A DNA stretch of 64,000 nucleotides. Origin: a bacterium. Its GTDB lineage: Bacteria > Hinthialibacterota > Hinthialibacteria > Hinthialibacterales > Hinthialibacteraceae. Of this stretch, positions 10,945 through 21,365 are shown in pieces. A program made the position numbers and the translations under genes. Below the pieces are notes generated by a model. The model did no database searches and was not told the DNA's origin. It worked only from the letters and a program-made list of their open reading frames with translations. Position 1 is the stretch's first letter. The number at the start of each line of letters is the position of its first letter. The stretch spans positions 1,408,001 to 1,472,000 of the forward strand of contig CAXXMV010000006.1 of the NCBI GenBank assembly GCA_963662285.2, given 5' to 3'.

Positions 10945-11255
10945 GTAGGGGTAACTCTTGTGGTTACCCGATTACGAAACATCTTTGGATTTTACAATCT
11001 CCCTCACCTTAGCCCTCTCTTTGTGGGAGGGATATGCAACCACCAACGCGTAGGGTGGGCTAAAAGCGAAGCGTAGCCCACCAAGTATAACTAGAGCAGG
11101 CATTTCAATGCAATTTCATCACCTGTTTTTACGTTGATCCAACCGCTCTCCCTGAGGTGAGCGGATTGGGATATTCAGCCCTCCACTGGCTTCCAGTTCA
11201 TCGAAGAGTTGTTTTTTCATAGCTCGTAGGGTGGGTCGCGCCTCACCGACCCACC
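10945..11255 (+). repeat. Cluster of GTAG-type REP palindromes plus one family C repeat
   Basis: GTAGGGGTAACTCTTGTGGTTACCC (10945-10969), GTAGGGTGGGCTAAAAGCGAAGCGTAGCCCACC (11050-11082), GTAGGGTGGGTCGCGCCTCACCGACCCACC (11226-11255). Confidence 0.8.
11118..11223 (-). pseudogene. 106-bp orphan duplicate of the 3' end of the sulfatase gene at 12762-14303
   Basis: Aligns to 12761-12866 with three substitutions and encodes AMKKQLFDELEASGGLNIPIRSPQGERLDQRKNR-stop. Confidence 0.9.
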
Positions 11256-11295
11256 AAAAACCACCCTCTCCAACCAACAACCCGCCAAAACAAAA

Positions 11296-12684
11296 TTACT
11301 TTGACATAACTTCCTTTTCCCAACTTTCAATCGCCTTTTTAAGTTTAGATACAATCTCCGGGTGTTTATCCTTTAAGTCAATTTTTTCACCGGGATCTTC
11401 TTTGAGGTTGTGAAGCAGCACCGGCGCCTCTGCGTCTTTGCCAAACTCGGCCTTTGCGTTCAGCAGAAGTTTCCAATCCCCCCTGCGTACAACGCGTTGT
11501 TTGTCTAATGCCCAGAAAAGGTCATCGTTCCGGTGAGGGCTTTTATCTTGGTTGGTTATGGTCGGCATAATATCCTTGCCATCATAAACGCGATCCGTTG
11601 GCAGTGATCCTCCAATAGCATTCATCACTGTGGGGAACACATCCATAGTTATACCCACTTCATTGATTACCTGTCCAGCCGGAATAATTCCCGGCCAGCT
11701 GGCAATAGCGGGAACTCTGATTCCACCTTCGTACAGGCCGCCCTTGCCGCCCCGGAAATCGCCGGAACTTCCGCCAGTGTAGTATTGGTGTGAATCATCC
11801 AATAAGTTACGGGCTTCGGATGATGGGCCATTATCGCTGATGAAGAAAATCAGTGTATCATCGAAGAGATCGCAACGTTTCAGTTCGTCGATAATTCTAC
11901 CCACGCCATCATCGAGCACGGAAACCATGGCGGCTTGAATGCGACGGTGAGGATCGTCGATATGCTTGAATCGTTCAGTATATTCCGGGGGAGCATGCAT
12001 GGGATAGTGGGGGGCATTGAATGGTACGTACATGAAAAAAGGTTTTTCCCGGTTGTCGCGGACAAAGCGGGACGCCTCGCGAATTATGATATCGTTGAAA
12101 TAGACGCCATTTTCCCAAACGGTTTTATCGTTTTTCCATAGGTCATGCATTGGTAGGCCGGACCAATAGAAAATATGGGAATAATAATCGATGCAGCCAT
12201 TGATGAAACCATAGAATTCATCGAAACCTTGATCGTTGGGACGGCATCCTTCGGCGCTGCCTTGGTGCCACTTTCCAAAAACTCCGGTGCGGTATCCCTC
12301 TTTTTTTAAGGCTTCGGCCATGGTGATCGCTGTTGGCGACATGCCCATTTTATTGAAACCGGCAGGAATATTTCCCATCACGCCGCTACGCTGCTGATAT
12401 CGGCCTGTGAGTAAAGCAGTGCGTGAAGGAGAACAGACTGGACAATTTGAATACCAGTCTGTGAAGCGCGTTCCCTTAGCGGCTAACGAATCAATATGGG
12501 GAGTCTTAACATCCTTACCCCCGTAACATCCCACATCACCGAAACCTTGATCGTCGGAATAAAGGATAACCACATTTGGTTTCTTCTTATTGTTAGATTG
12601 AGCTAGACTGCTGGTTCCACTTAACAACGAAAGCGAAGCTAACGCTGTGGTTGATAGAAAATCTCTTCGTTTACATTTATCCAT
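11296..12684 (-). CDS. Arylsulfatase A-like sulfatase, Tat-exported
   Basis: KRRDFL twin-arginine signal; PNVVILYSDDQG; formylglycine motif CSPSRTALLTG; GKWH; SDNG; YEGGIRVP. Confidence 0.92.
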   Translation of the reverse strand: MDKCKRRDFLSTTALASLSLLSGTSSLAQSNNKKKPNVVILYSDDQGFGDVGCYGGKDVKTPHIDSLAAKGTRFTDWYSNCPVCSPSRTALLTGRYQQRSGVMGNIPAGFNKMGMSPTAITMAEALKKEGYRTGVFGKWHQGSAEGCRPNDQGFDEFYGFINGCIDYYSHIFYWSGLPMHDLWKNDKTVWENGVYFNDIIIREASRFVRDNREKPFFMYVPFNAPHYPMHAPPEYTERFKHIDDPHRRIQAAMVSVLDDGVGRIIDELKRCDLFDDTLIFFISDNGPSSEARNLLDDSHQYYTGGSSGDFRGGKGGLYEGGIRVPAIASWPGIIPAGQVINEVGITMDVFPTVMNAIGGSLPTDRVYDGKDIMPTITNQDKSPHRNDDLFWALDKQRVVRRGDWKLLLNAKAEFGKDAEAPVLLHNLKEDPGEKIDLKDKHPEIVSKLKKAIESWEKEVMSK

Positions 12685-12761
12685 TATTGCACCTCTAATG
12701 GTTAATATCATTATCACTATATTACCCAACTATAACCCAATGGGAAATGATTGCTTTGTTA

Positions 12762-14303
12762 TCACCTATTTTTACGTTGATCCAACCGCTCTCCCTGAGG
12801 TGAGCGGATTGGGATATTCAGCCCTCCGCTGGCTTCCAGTTCGTCGAAGAGTTGTTTTTTCATAGCCTCAATTCGTTCCTGGTAGGCTGGAACCTTGATC
12901 AGATTATGCCGTTCATGAGGATCGGTCTGTAAATCATAGAATCCATCGTGATCCCACACTCCGTAGTAATAAATGTACTTATATCTTTCAGTCCTAATAG
13001 ATAAGACGGTTGGAGTGGCGGGAAAATTCCATTCCCAGTGATATTCATAAAGAATATGGTCGCGCCAGGTAGTGGATTTACCCTGTAATAACGGGAGGAA
13101 TGATTCGCCATCCATCTTGGCTTGCGCAGGCGCTGCAATTCCAGCCATATCCAATATAGTGGGAGCGATATCAATATTCTGCACCATCTGGCTTACTTTA
13201 GTATTTGGCTTAATCACGCCGGGAGCGTAGGCCAGCATGGGCACGCGGATAGACTCCTCGAAAGCGTCGCGCTTATCATAGAAGCCATGCTCGCCAAGCG
13301 CAAAGCCGTTATCTCCCATGTAGATTACAGTGGTGTTTTCGCTCAAACCATTCTCATCCAGAAAATCCAGCACGCGCCCCAGATTCTCATCCAATCCATG
13401 CACCGTCTCGCAATACTGATGGTACAGATCATCAAACGAAGTAACCGGATCATTATCGTATTGCCCGGTCTCCATGTGATCAATACCGTGGATGCTGTAG
13501 CGCCGTTCGCGCACCCAGTGCGGTTGGGTTTGATAATTGCGTTCTGTATCGGCCATAGTTTCAGGACGCTCAACTTTTTCATTTTTGTAACGTCCCCGAT
13601 AACGCGGCGCCGGTTGGAATGGGTAATGAACCGCTTTGTAGGATAGATACATGAAAAACGGCTGATCATCATCCTGCTCGTTTTTAAGCCAACCGAGCGC
13701 ACGATCCGTCAAGACATCAGTAGTATATCCTTCAAATTGCTGATGCTCTCCGTTTATATTAAGCGTAGGATTGTTATATGCTCCCTGGCCTTTTAAACTA
13801 GCCCAATAGTCAAAACCCGGACGGGGATTATCATGCTCGTGTCCCATGTGCCATTTGCCGATAAACGCAGTTTTGTAGCCGTCTTGCTGCATATATTTCG
13901 GGAAGAACACAGTTCCTTCCGGCTCCGCCCTCTGATTATCAACGATTTGATGATGATGCATGTACTGTCCGGTAAGGATCGAGGCTCTACTCGGTGAGCA
14001 CAGTGAGGTGCTGACAAACGCGTTCTCTAAATGCACTCCCTGACGCGCCATGCGATCCATGTTGGGCGTCTCCAGAAAAGAGGGCGATTCTTTCATGAAT
14101 CCCATAAAATCATAACGGTGATCATCGCTCAGAACGAAGATAATATTCCGTTTCTTTCCCTTATTTATTGTCGCCGCGTCAGTTGGTCGGGTCTTGGCTG
14201 ATAAAGCCAGCGCCGCCATACCGCTGCTGGTGGTTTTGATAAAGTTACGCCGGGTTGACTGGGATTGTAATGAAGAAGAGATGCCATAATTATTTTTCTG
14301 CAT
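12762..14303 (-). CDS. Sulfatase (N-acetylglucosamine-6-sulfatase/mucin-desulfating type), Tat-exported
   Basis: TRRNFI Tat motif; NIIFVLSDDHR; CSPSRASILTG; GKWH; KAVH; GDNGFALGEHG..DKR; EESIRVP. Confidence 0.9.
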   Translation of the reverse strand: MQKNNYGISSSLQSQSTRRNFIKTTSSGMAALALSAKTRPTDAATINKGKKRNIIFVLSDDHRYDFMGFMKESPSFLETPNMDRMARQGVHLENAFVSTSLCSPSRASILTGQYMHHHQIVDNQRAEPEGTVFFPKYMQQDGYKTAFIGKWHMGHEHDNPRPGFDYWASLKGQGAYNNPTLNINGEHQQFEGYTTDVLTDRALGWLKNEQDDDQPFFMYLSYKAVHYPFQPAPRYRGRYKNEKVERPETMADTERNYQTQPHWVRERRYSIHGIDHMETGQYDNDPVTSFDDLYHQYCETVHGLDENLGRVLDFLDENGLSENTTVIYMGDNGFALGEHGFYDKRDAFEESIRVPMLAYAPGVIKPNTKVSQMVQNIDIAPTILDMAGIAAPAQAKMDGESFLPLLQGKSTTWRDHILYEYHWEWNFPATPTVLSIRTERYKYIYYYGVWDHDGFYDLQTDPHERHNLIKVPAYQERIEAMKKQLFDELEASGGLNIPIRSPQGERLDQRKNR

Positions 14304-14473
14304 AATGCACCTGGAATCTAAAATATGGTATTGATATTAAATTCAATATATTTAAGCATACTTAAGTAGTCGAGTATATTGATATATTGATGGGTATGAT
14401 TTAGCATATATTGGTATCTAAGGGAGAATCTTGTAAAAACAATACTCATTTATAAAGCGAAGGGGAAATATCC

Positions 14474-15739
14474 ATGAAACGACGCGATTTTTTAAAGAAG
14501 TCCACCGCAGCGACGCTTGGGGCGGCGGCGCCATTTATTATTCCAACAGAGGTCTTTGGTTCGCAAAACCGCCCCGGCGCTAACGACCGGATTGTGGTTG
14601 GTTTTGTCGGGGTTGGAGGCCGCGCCCGTTGGATAATGAAATACGATGAAATGCCGGATGCGCAGATTGTGGCGGTCGCCGACTGTTATAAAAAGCGTTT
14701 CAGCGATCTGGCCAAGGAAATTAAGCCATCGATAAAATGGAACAAATATGATGACTATCATGAGATGTTCGAGAAGGAAAAACTGGACGCTGTCTTTGTC
14801 GAAACGCCGACCCACGCGCGGGTTTTGATTTTAATCCAAGCCATGCAGGCCGGTTTGGATGTTTATGGAGAAAAGCCATTAACCCTGACTATCGCCGAGG
14901 GCCGCACCCTGGTCAACACGGCGCGTAAACTTAAGCGGATTCTTCAGACAGGCACCCAGCAGCGTTCAATGCCTATCAACCGCTATGCCAGTAAACTGGT
15001 TCATAGTGGCGCTATTGGCAAAATCCACACTGTCAGAGTATGTAATTTTGAAGGCCCTAAAACCTGGGTTCCAAAACCGGGACAACCTATGCCCAAAGGA
15101 TTGAACTGGGATCAATGGTGCAACCAGACGGAATTGCGCCCCTATCACGAAGACCTGCATGTCAGATGGAACTGGTGGCGTGATTACGATGGCGGCGGCC
15201 GCTCCTGGGGCGTTACAGGATGGGGCACTCACTCATTTGATCAGGTGCAATGCGGACTGGGAACCGATACAACTGGTCCGGTTGAAATATGGCCTGAAGG
15301 TAAAGGCGAAACAGCTGATGTAACTATGCGCTACGCCAGTGGAACGCTATTGAAAATGGATGGCAAGCGTCGGCAGCACGAAGATTTAGGCGGCATCTTC
15401 CTGGGCGAGGAAGGTAAAATAGAAATCCTGCGGGGCAATTTCCTTACTGATAAGAAGGAATTGTTAAAAGACGCTCCACCTCCCACACCAGAAGGCGCTC
15501 ATGAATGCGAGCCGCATTTTAAGAACTTCTTCGATTGCATCCGATCACGTGAACTGCCCAACGCCGATGTTGAGATCGGTCACCGTTCAACCACGGTCTG
15601 CTACCTGGTCAACATCTGCCGCGACTTAGGGCGCAAACTGAAGTGGGATCCAGATAAAGAACAATTTATAGGAGACGATGAAGCCAATAAAATGCTATCA
15701 CGTCCCCGTCGTGAAGGATTTGAATTACCAAAGATTTAA
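14474..15739 (+). CDS. Gfo/Idh/MocA family oxidoreductase, Tat-exported
   Basis: MKRRDFL; VGVGGRA Rossmann loop; ETPTHAR; GEKPL; QTGTQQRS; WGTHSFD. Confidence 0.92.
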   Translation: MKRRDFLKKSTAATLGAAAPFIIPTEVFGSQNRPGANDRIVVGFVGVGGRARWIMKYDEMPDAQIVAVADCYKKRFSDLAKEIKPSIKWNKYDDYHEMFEKEKLDAVFVETPTHARVLILIQAMQAGLDVYGEKPLTLTIAEGRTLVNTARKLKRILQTGTQQRSMPINRYASKLVHSGAIGKIHTVRVCNFEGPKTWVPKPGQPMPKGLNWDQWCNQTELRPYHEDLHVRWNWWRDYDGGGRSWGVTGWGTHSFDQVQCGLGTDTTGPVEIWPEGKGETADVTMRYASGTLLKMDGKRRQHEDLGGIFLGEEGKIEILRGNFLTDKKELLKDAPPPTPEGAHECEPHFKNFFDCIRSRELPNADVEIGHRSTTVCYLVNICRDLGRKLKWDPDKEQFIGDDEANKMLSRPRREGFELPKI

Positions 15740-15984
15740 TTCTGATAATAGCATTTCGATTATGATTAAACGTCAATTGGTAATTCTAAGGTTTTAGAAA
15801 ACAACCCCCTCTTGAATTCTCCCCCAAACTTGGGGGAGAGGGGTTTTGATGTATAAATTGTTATGTTGATTGGACTTAGGTGTACAAAATGCTTTAGTCA
15901 TATATTCCTCTCACAAGATTGGGAGAGGTTAGGAGAGGGTTGATATTGGCAATCTTTGCAGAAGAATATCTGATTCATACAAAC

Positions 15985-16015
15985 AAAGGGCATGGAGAAA
16001 AACTCCATGCCCTTT
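15985..16015. terminator. Bidirectional intrinsic terminator
   Basis: AAAGGGCATGGAG / CTCCATGCCCTTT stem between convergent genes. Confidence 0.7.
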
Positions 16016-16040
16016 TGAATAGTAATTATTTCTTTGTTTA

Positions 16041-17609
16041 CTATACGAAGAAGAGGAAGGTAATTAACAGGAAGACTGGCAGCAGGATGGTGCATGCATA
16101 CATGAACAGGTATCCAAAGAAACTGGGCATTGGAGTGCCTGATTCTTCAGCAATGGAACGAACCATAAAGTTAGGAGCATTCCCGATGTATGTACATGCG
16201 CCAAAGAATACCGCGCCCGCTGAAACCGCTTTCAGATAAATTGCTTTGTTGGCGATCAAAGACGCTACTGCTTCCGGTTCAGCTATGCCCGGATAGAATT
16301 TGCCAATGGCGCTGGTGAAGAAGGTCAAGTAGGTCGGAGCATTATCCAGGAAGCTGGAAAGGGCGCCGGTGATCCAGAAATAATGCCAGGGTTGCTGCAC
16401 TGATGCGACTAAACTCGCCGCAGCGCCATTCTCTCCCGCTTTCAAAATGGCTAGACATGGAATCATGGTCATGAAGATTCCCGCAAATAGGTATGCTACT
16501 TCTACAATTGGGAACCAAGTGAATTCATTATCTTTCCGCAATGATTGGGGAGTGGATTTAAGCGAAATGATGCCAAGAATTACCAATATGGCGTCGCGTA
16601 AGTAATCCTGGATTCCACGATGGACGCCGAGGATAGTAACTTCTCCCATATCGTAGAGACCACTCATCAATACCGCCCCTACAACTCCGCCAAGGAATAT
16701 AAAGTTATACGAACCAGTTAATTTTAACGGTTCTTTCTCTAAAGATGCATCTGGCTTGATCCCCTCTTTTTTATACATAATCAAATCGATGATGTAATAG
16801 ATAATCAGAAGGATAACTACAGCGACCAGCATGTGAGGCAGAAGGTTAAATGTCCAGAAGAACGGAACGCTATGCAGGAAGCCCAGGAATAGTGGAGGAT
16901 CTCCCAATGGAGTTAACGAACCGCCTATGTTGGCTACCAGGAAGATAAAGAACACTACCATGAATGTACGGTTTTTGCGGTGTTTGTTGGCGCGTAGGAA
17001 AGGACGAATCATCAGCATTGCAGCGCCAGTGGTTCCCATCCATGATGCCAGAAAAGTACCGATTGCAATCATGATTGTGTTGACGACTGGCGTTCCGACC
17101 AGCGTCCCACGCAGAAGAATGCCGCCTGAAATGGTATACAGCGCCCATAGCAGGATAATAAATGGGACGTAATCGAGAATATAAATATGCAATATCTCAT
17201 GAACAGCGCTCCCTCCATAAGCAATCAAAAATGGAATAGCTAAGGTTGCAGCCCAGAATGCCGATATCTTGGGGAAATGATGATGCCAGAAATGAGGCGC
17301 GAATAATGGAAGCAATGCAATAGAGAGAAGTATTCCAACAAATGGAATGCAAGTCCACATCGGCAAACTTTCACCCAGATTCACTTTAGTTCCATGACCA
17401 CTTTCGCCATGTTTAGCAACTGCCTGTTCATCCTTCCCCACTGTCGAATCATTACTATGTTCGCCAGCGCTTTGGGCTTCATGGCTAGTATCTGCTTGGG
17501 CGATCAGGGTGGTCGAATCTGAAATCGGATCAGCGGCGCTAACGTCAACCGCTAAACCAGACAGACTGATAAAAAGCCCGGCCATTAACAAAAAACAAAG
17601 TTGTTTCAT
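16041..17609 (-). CDS. Putative sodium:proton antiporter (ion-transporter superfamily, CitMHS_2-like)
   Basis: Many TM helices; GTTGAAMLMIRP, ANIGGSLTPLGDPPLFLGF, SSFLDNAPTY and TYIGNAPNFMV motifs. Confidence 0.85.
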   Translation of the reverse strand: MKQLCFLLMAGLFISLSGLAVDVSAADPISDSTTLIAQADTSHEAQSAGEHSNDSTVGKDEQAVAKHGESGHGTKVNLGESLPMWTCIPFVGILLSIALLPLFAPHFWHHHFPKISAFWAATLAIPFLIAYGGSAVHEILHIYILDYVPFIILLWALYTISGGILLRGTLVGTPVVNTIMIAIGTFLASWMGTTGAAMLMIRPFLRANKHRKNRTFMVVFFIFLVANIGGSLTPLGDPPLFLGFLHSVPFFWTFNLLPHMLVAVVILLIIYYIIDLIMYKKEGIKPDASLEKEPLKLTGSYNFIFLGGVVGAVLMSGLYDMGEVTILGVHRGIQDYLRDAILVILGIISLKSTPQSLRKDNEFTWFPIVEVAYLFAGIFMTMIPCLAILKAGENGAAASLVASVQQPWHYFWITGALSSFLDNAPTYLTFFTSAIGKFYPGIAEPEAVASLIANKAIYLKAVSAGAVFFGACTYIGNAPNFMVRSIAEESGTPMPSFFGYLFMYACTILLPVFLLITFLFFV

Positions 17610-18155
17610 TTCATATCACCTTTCATTAACTTGTTTTACATATATCTTTGACAAAGCCCAGATGTTATTGCTGAATTGGTTGATCAGATAACATCTGTCA
17701 TTGTTGATAAACTGATTTATAATTAATTAACTATCTTGAATCCAAATGTAGTGTGAAGTCTCGCAAAGCGCTTTTCAACATGAACATATAAAAACCTGCG
17801 TCCTTAAAAGCGTATTTGCCTTCAAGTAAAAAGGCAAGGAACAATCTTCATTTTACGCAAATTAATCTTGTGCTTGAAACAGTTATAATTGTTTAGTGAA
17901 AAACTGTTTTGAAAAACCTTGCATCCGTTTGACGCCAAAATATATCATTAACTTAACTACTTATTAATGAATATCTTAAAATGATATAAGATGTAATTAG
18001 CATGAATATTTATTCAATAAATTTCTAGAAAATTATCAGCATTGTAAAACTTGCTTGATTTGCTTTTAAATAAAAATAAGTTATTTTAATGGTGTTGATG
18101 AATATTTTTTTGAATTCCACTAATCAGCATATTTTCAGCATCTTATAATCTAAAA

Positions 18156-19130
18156 ATGAGTGTGATGATAATGAACGACTTTGAAAAAAAGATTGAGAAT
18201 TCGACCGGGAGTGAATTACATTGCTCTGAAATCGATATTATTCAAGTTAACATCGGGCTGATTTGCAACCAGCAGTGCGCTCATTGCCATGTAGCCGCAT
18301 CACCCAAGCGTAAAGAGGTCATGCCTTGGCCGACCATGGAACTGGTTCTTAAGGCGGCCAGGCGCGTTAGAGCCAGAATGGTGGATATAACTGGCGGCGC
18401 CCCGGAACTCAATCCACATTTCCGGCGTTTTATCGATGCTCTAGCTAAAGATGACTTTACAATCGGCGTTCATACCAATCTTACCGTGCTGCTTGAAGAG
18501 GGTATGGAGGATATGCCGGAGATTTATAAATCTCACCGCATCCAGTTAGTTGGATCATTGCCTTGCTATCTTGAAGAGAATGTGGATCGTCAGCGGGGCA
18601 GTGGAGTATATCAACAGAGCATTGAAGCATTAAAACTTTTGAATTCAATTGGTTATGGAATTGAATCAGAGTTAAAACTGAATCTGGTTTATAATCCCGC
18701 CGGGCCGGTTCTTCCTCCGAACCAGAAACTATTGGAAGAAGATTACCGTAGAGAATTGATGCAGCGCTTTGGAATTTCGTTCACCAATCTTATTACTATA
18801 ACCAATATGCCAATCGGTCGCTTTCAGACCCAGTTAAACAAACAGCATAAAGGAGTCGAGTATATGCAATTACTCAAAGATTCCTTTAATCCGCATACCA
18901 TCGAAGGATTGATGTGCCGTCACCAAATCAGCGTTAACTGGGACGGGACAATTTATGACTGTGATTTTAATCTGGCCTTGAAATGGCCCGTCAATCATGG
19001 ATCTCCCACGAAAATACAGAATTTTGATCCATCGCCTTTGTCTTCGCGAAAAATTGTTACCGGCGAGCACTGTTTCGGCTGTACAGCTGGATTCGGATCA
19101 TCCTGTTCCGGCGCTTTAACTGATGCTTGA
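18156..19130 (+). CDS. arsS: Radical SAM/Cys-rich protein of the ArsS (DUF3641) family
   Basis: CNQQCAHC (CxxxCxxC), DITGGAPELNP, SLPCY...VDRQRG.GV, LMCR, YDCDFN and the C-terminal HCFGCTAGFGSSCSGAL. Confidence 0.85.
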   Translation: MSVMIMNDFEKKIENSTGSELHCSEIDIIQVNIGLICNQQCAHCHVAASPKRKEVMPWPTMELVLKAARRVRARMVDITGGAPELNPHFRRFIDALAKDDFTIGVHTNLTVLLEEGMEDMPEIYKSHRIQLVGSLPCYLEENVDRQRGSGVYQQSIEALKLLNSIGYGIESELKLNLVYNPAGPVLPPNQKLLEEDYRRELMQRFGISFTNLITITNMPIGRFQTQLNKQHKGVEYMQLLKDSFNPHTIEGLMCRHQISVNWDGTIYDCDFNLALKWPVNHGSPTKIQNFDPSPLSSRKIVTGEHCFGCTAGFGSSCSGALTDA

Positions 19131-19151
19131 TGAAGATGAACCGCCCTAGAG

Positions 19152-20003
19152 GTGATTATTATGTCAATCTACAAACGAAGCATCGTCTTATTTACAATCA
19201 TTACCATTTCTATAAGTTTTTCATGGTCTAGCGACAACAATCAATCTAATGAACTGGATTATTCTCAATATGCTTCTGTTCTTTCTATGCATGTGAATGA
19301 AAAAGGCGGTGTGAATTATAAAACTCTTAAAGTAAACCGGGAGTACTTGGATTCTTTCACCAATTCTTTAGCAATCTTGAAACAATCTGCTTATGACGCA
19401 TGGCCTGAAAATGACCAGCTGGCCTTTTGGATCAATGCATACAACGCGCTTACCCTCAAAGTTATCTTGGATAATTATCCTATTAAAGCGTCGTTTCTTG
19501 GTTCATTACGCTTCCCCAAAAACAGCATCCGCCAGATTTCCGGGGTTTGGGATACAATCACGTTCAAGGTTATGGGTAACAATATGACCCTGAATGATAT
19601 CGAGCATGATGTGATCCGTAAGAAATTCTCTGATCCGCGCATCCATTTCGCTTTAGTCTGCGCCTCTGGCGGTTGCCCGCCATTACGTAATGAACCATTC
19701 ATAGGCGATGAACTTGATAAACAACTCGATGATCAGGTGCGGGATATGATTGCCGTATCTTCAAAGTTTCGCGTTGATCACAGCAGTAGAACCATCTTTT
19801 TATCTAAAATTCTCGATTGGTATGGCGATGACTTCATCGGGCAATATAAGCCATCCAAACCTACTGCGGGTAATTCAGCAAAACAACATGCATCTATCAA
19901 CTTTTTGGCTAAATATGTTGATGAAACCACCAGAAAGACACTACTTTCAACTGAATACCACATCTCATATCTGGAATATGACTGGTCGCTAAACCAGCAG
20001 TGA
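19152..20003 (+). CDS. DUF547 domain secreted protein
   Basis: Signal peptide; QLAFWINAYNA; LNDIEH..IR...DPRIHFALVCASGGCPPL; SKILDWYGDDF; YDWSLN. Confidence 0.88.
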   Translation: MIIMSIYKRSIVLFTIITISISFSWSSDNNQSNELDYSQYASVLSMHVNEKGGVNYKTLKVNREYLDSFTNSLAILKQSAYDAWPENDQLAFWINAYNALTLKVILDNYPIKASFLGSLRFPKNSIRQISGVWDTITFKVMGNNMTLNDIEHDVIRKKFSDPRIHFALVCASGGCPPLRNEPFIGDELDKQLDDQVRDMIAVSSKFRVDHSSRTIFLSKILDWYGDDFIGQYKPSKPTAGNSAKQHASINFLAKYVDETTRKTLLSTEYHISYLEYDWSLNQQ

Positions 20004-20114
20004 TAGTTACAAGTATCTGAAATATCGTGCTTTAAAAAATAATGACGACCGAAACGTCTCGGTCGCCACTTTCAACAATCTCGCCCGTATGGAGATTGTT
20101 TTATATAATGGGTA

Positions 20115-21002
20115 TTATGCGGATATATTCAAAAACTGATCCAATGTAGATACAAGTTTATCTAAATCAGGTTTAGCGATCTGACAGTCTGCGCCTACCG
20201 CATCTCCTTTATTGCGATTATCTTCTGTAATGATCGAAGAGAAAATTATCACTGGCGTTTCTTTCAATTCGATGTCCGATTTTATCAATTTAGTTAAACG
20301 CAATCCATCAAGACGAGGCATTTCAATATCAGATATTACAATATCGATAGATTCATTACTCTGGAGGTGATTCCAGGCTTCCTCGCCATCGTTGCATATT
20401 AAAACGCTGTTATAACCACCGTTAGATAACGTACCTTCGATCAAAGATCTAATTACACTTGAATCTTCCGCGATCAGAATTCTCTTGGATCCTCGAATTA
20501 ACGCCAGTTCTTCAGGTAACTCTTCCTCACTTGTTTCAATCATATGTGGCGCAATTTCCTGGGTGATTTTCTCTACATCCAACATAAGAACCAATTGATC
20601 TTCAACATGAGCAATGCCTGTTAGACAAGTGCATTGGTGATGTTCAGTCGGCGGCTCAATATCTGACCAGGAGATGCGATAAATATTGGATACTGTATCT
20701 ACAATAAATCCAAACCATTGTTTATGAAATTCCGTCACAATTATCCGGCTTGATTGATCCTCTTCTCTGTCTTTATAACCCAAAGCTCTAAACAAACTAA
20801 TTATGGGAATAATATGTTCTCGGAGATTTAAAACTCCCTCAATCATGGGGTGCGTCTGAGGAGGCAGTGTAAGATGTTGGATTCGTATAATTTCTCGTAC
20901 TTTAGCTATATTTATGCCATATTTTTCTGATTCAATCCCGAAAACCAAAACTTCCAGTTCATTTGTGCCAGATTCCATTAATATTTCTTTTTCGATATTC
21001 AT
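20115..21002 (-). CDS. cheV: Chemotaxis protein CheV (CheW plus receiver domain)
   Basis: ESGTNELE..F...YGINIAKVREII CheW domain; receiver ILIAEDS...DIEMPRLDG...IIFSS...KPD. Confidence 0.92.
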   Translation of the reverse strand: MNIEKEILMESGTNELEVLVFGIESEKYGINIAKVREIIRIQHLTLPPQTHPMIEGVLNLREHIIPIISLFRALGYKDREEDQSSRIIVTEFHKQWFGFIVDTVSNIYRISWSDIEPPTEHHQCTCLTGIAHVEDQLVLMLDVEKITQEIAPHMIETSEEELPEELALIRGSKRILIAEDSSVIRSLIEGTLSNGGYNSVLICNDGEEAWNHLQSNESIDIVISDIEMPRLDGLRLTKLIKSDIELKETPVIIFSSIITEDNRNKGDAVGADCQIAKPDLDKLVSTLDQFLNISA

Positions 21003-21268
21003 ATTGATAATTCTCCGATTTCACGAGTATTCCCCATGTTGTCAATCTACAATTTATTTAATTGATCTTTATCATTATATTTACTCAAATCCATACAGGA
21101 ACTTTTTTTTTGAATTATTTCTAAAATTTAACAAAATGATGCAATGCATCTGAATAAAATAATGCATTATTTTTATCTATTTATGATTACGTATGTAAAA
21201 TAAATAATATTTAGACATAAAATTCTACATATCCAGTACTTTTAACTATCAAAAAAGTGCATTTTATT

Positions 21269-21296
21269 TTGACAATAGTTCCAAATGTTCTATCAT
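21269..21296 (+). promoter_or_regulatory. Putative sigma70 promoter of the prepilin gene
   Basis: TTGACA, 16-nt spacer, TATCAT, about 70 bp upstream of ATG 21366. Confidence 0.4.
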
Positions 21297-21365
21297 TATT
21301 AACAGTGAGTTTATTGGGATATGCGCGAAAGTGTATAAAGTTCATTCTCTAAAGGGTTTTTTCTG

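Noticed and set aside
11118-12866. Possible DGR template/variable repeat pair at a gene 3' end
   Set aside because: There are only three mismatches, all synonymous and not confined to adenines of one copy, and there is no reverse transcriptase in the window.
17610-18155. Riboswitch or ncRNA in the long intergenic region upstream of the antiporter (also 41760-42070 and 60060-60400)
   Set aside because: AT-rich with no recognisable conserved aptamer motifs by eye. An Rfam cmscan would be needed.
19110-19140. Selenocysteine read-through at the tandem TGA TGA ending arsS
   Set aside because: The family's Cys/Sec position (SSC) is a Cys codon, and the TGA falls at the normal family C-terminus.
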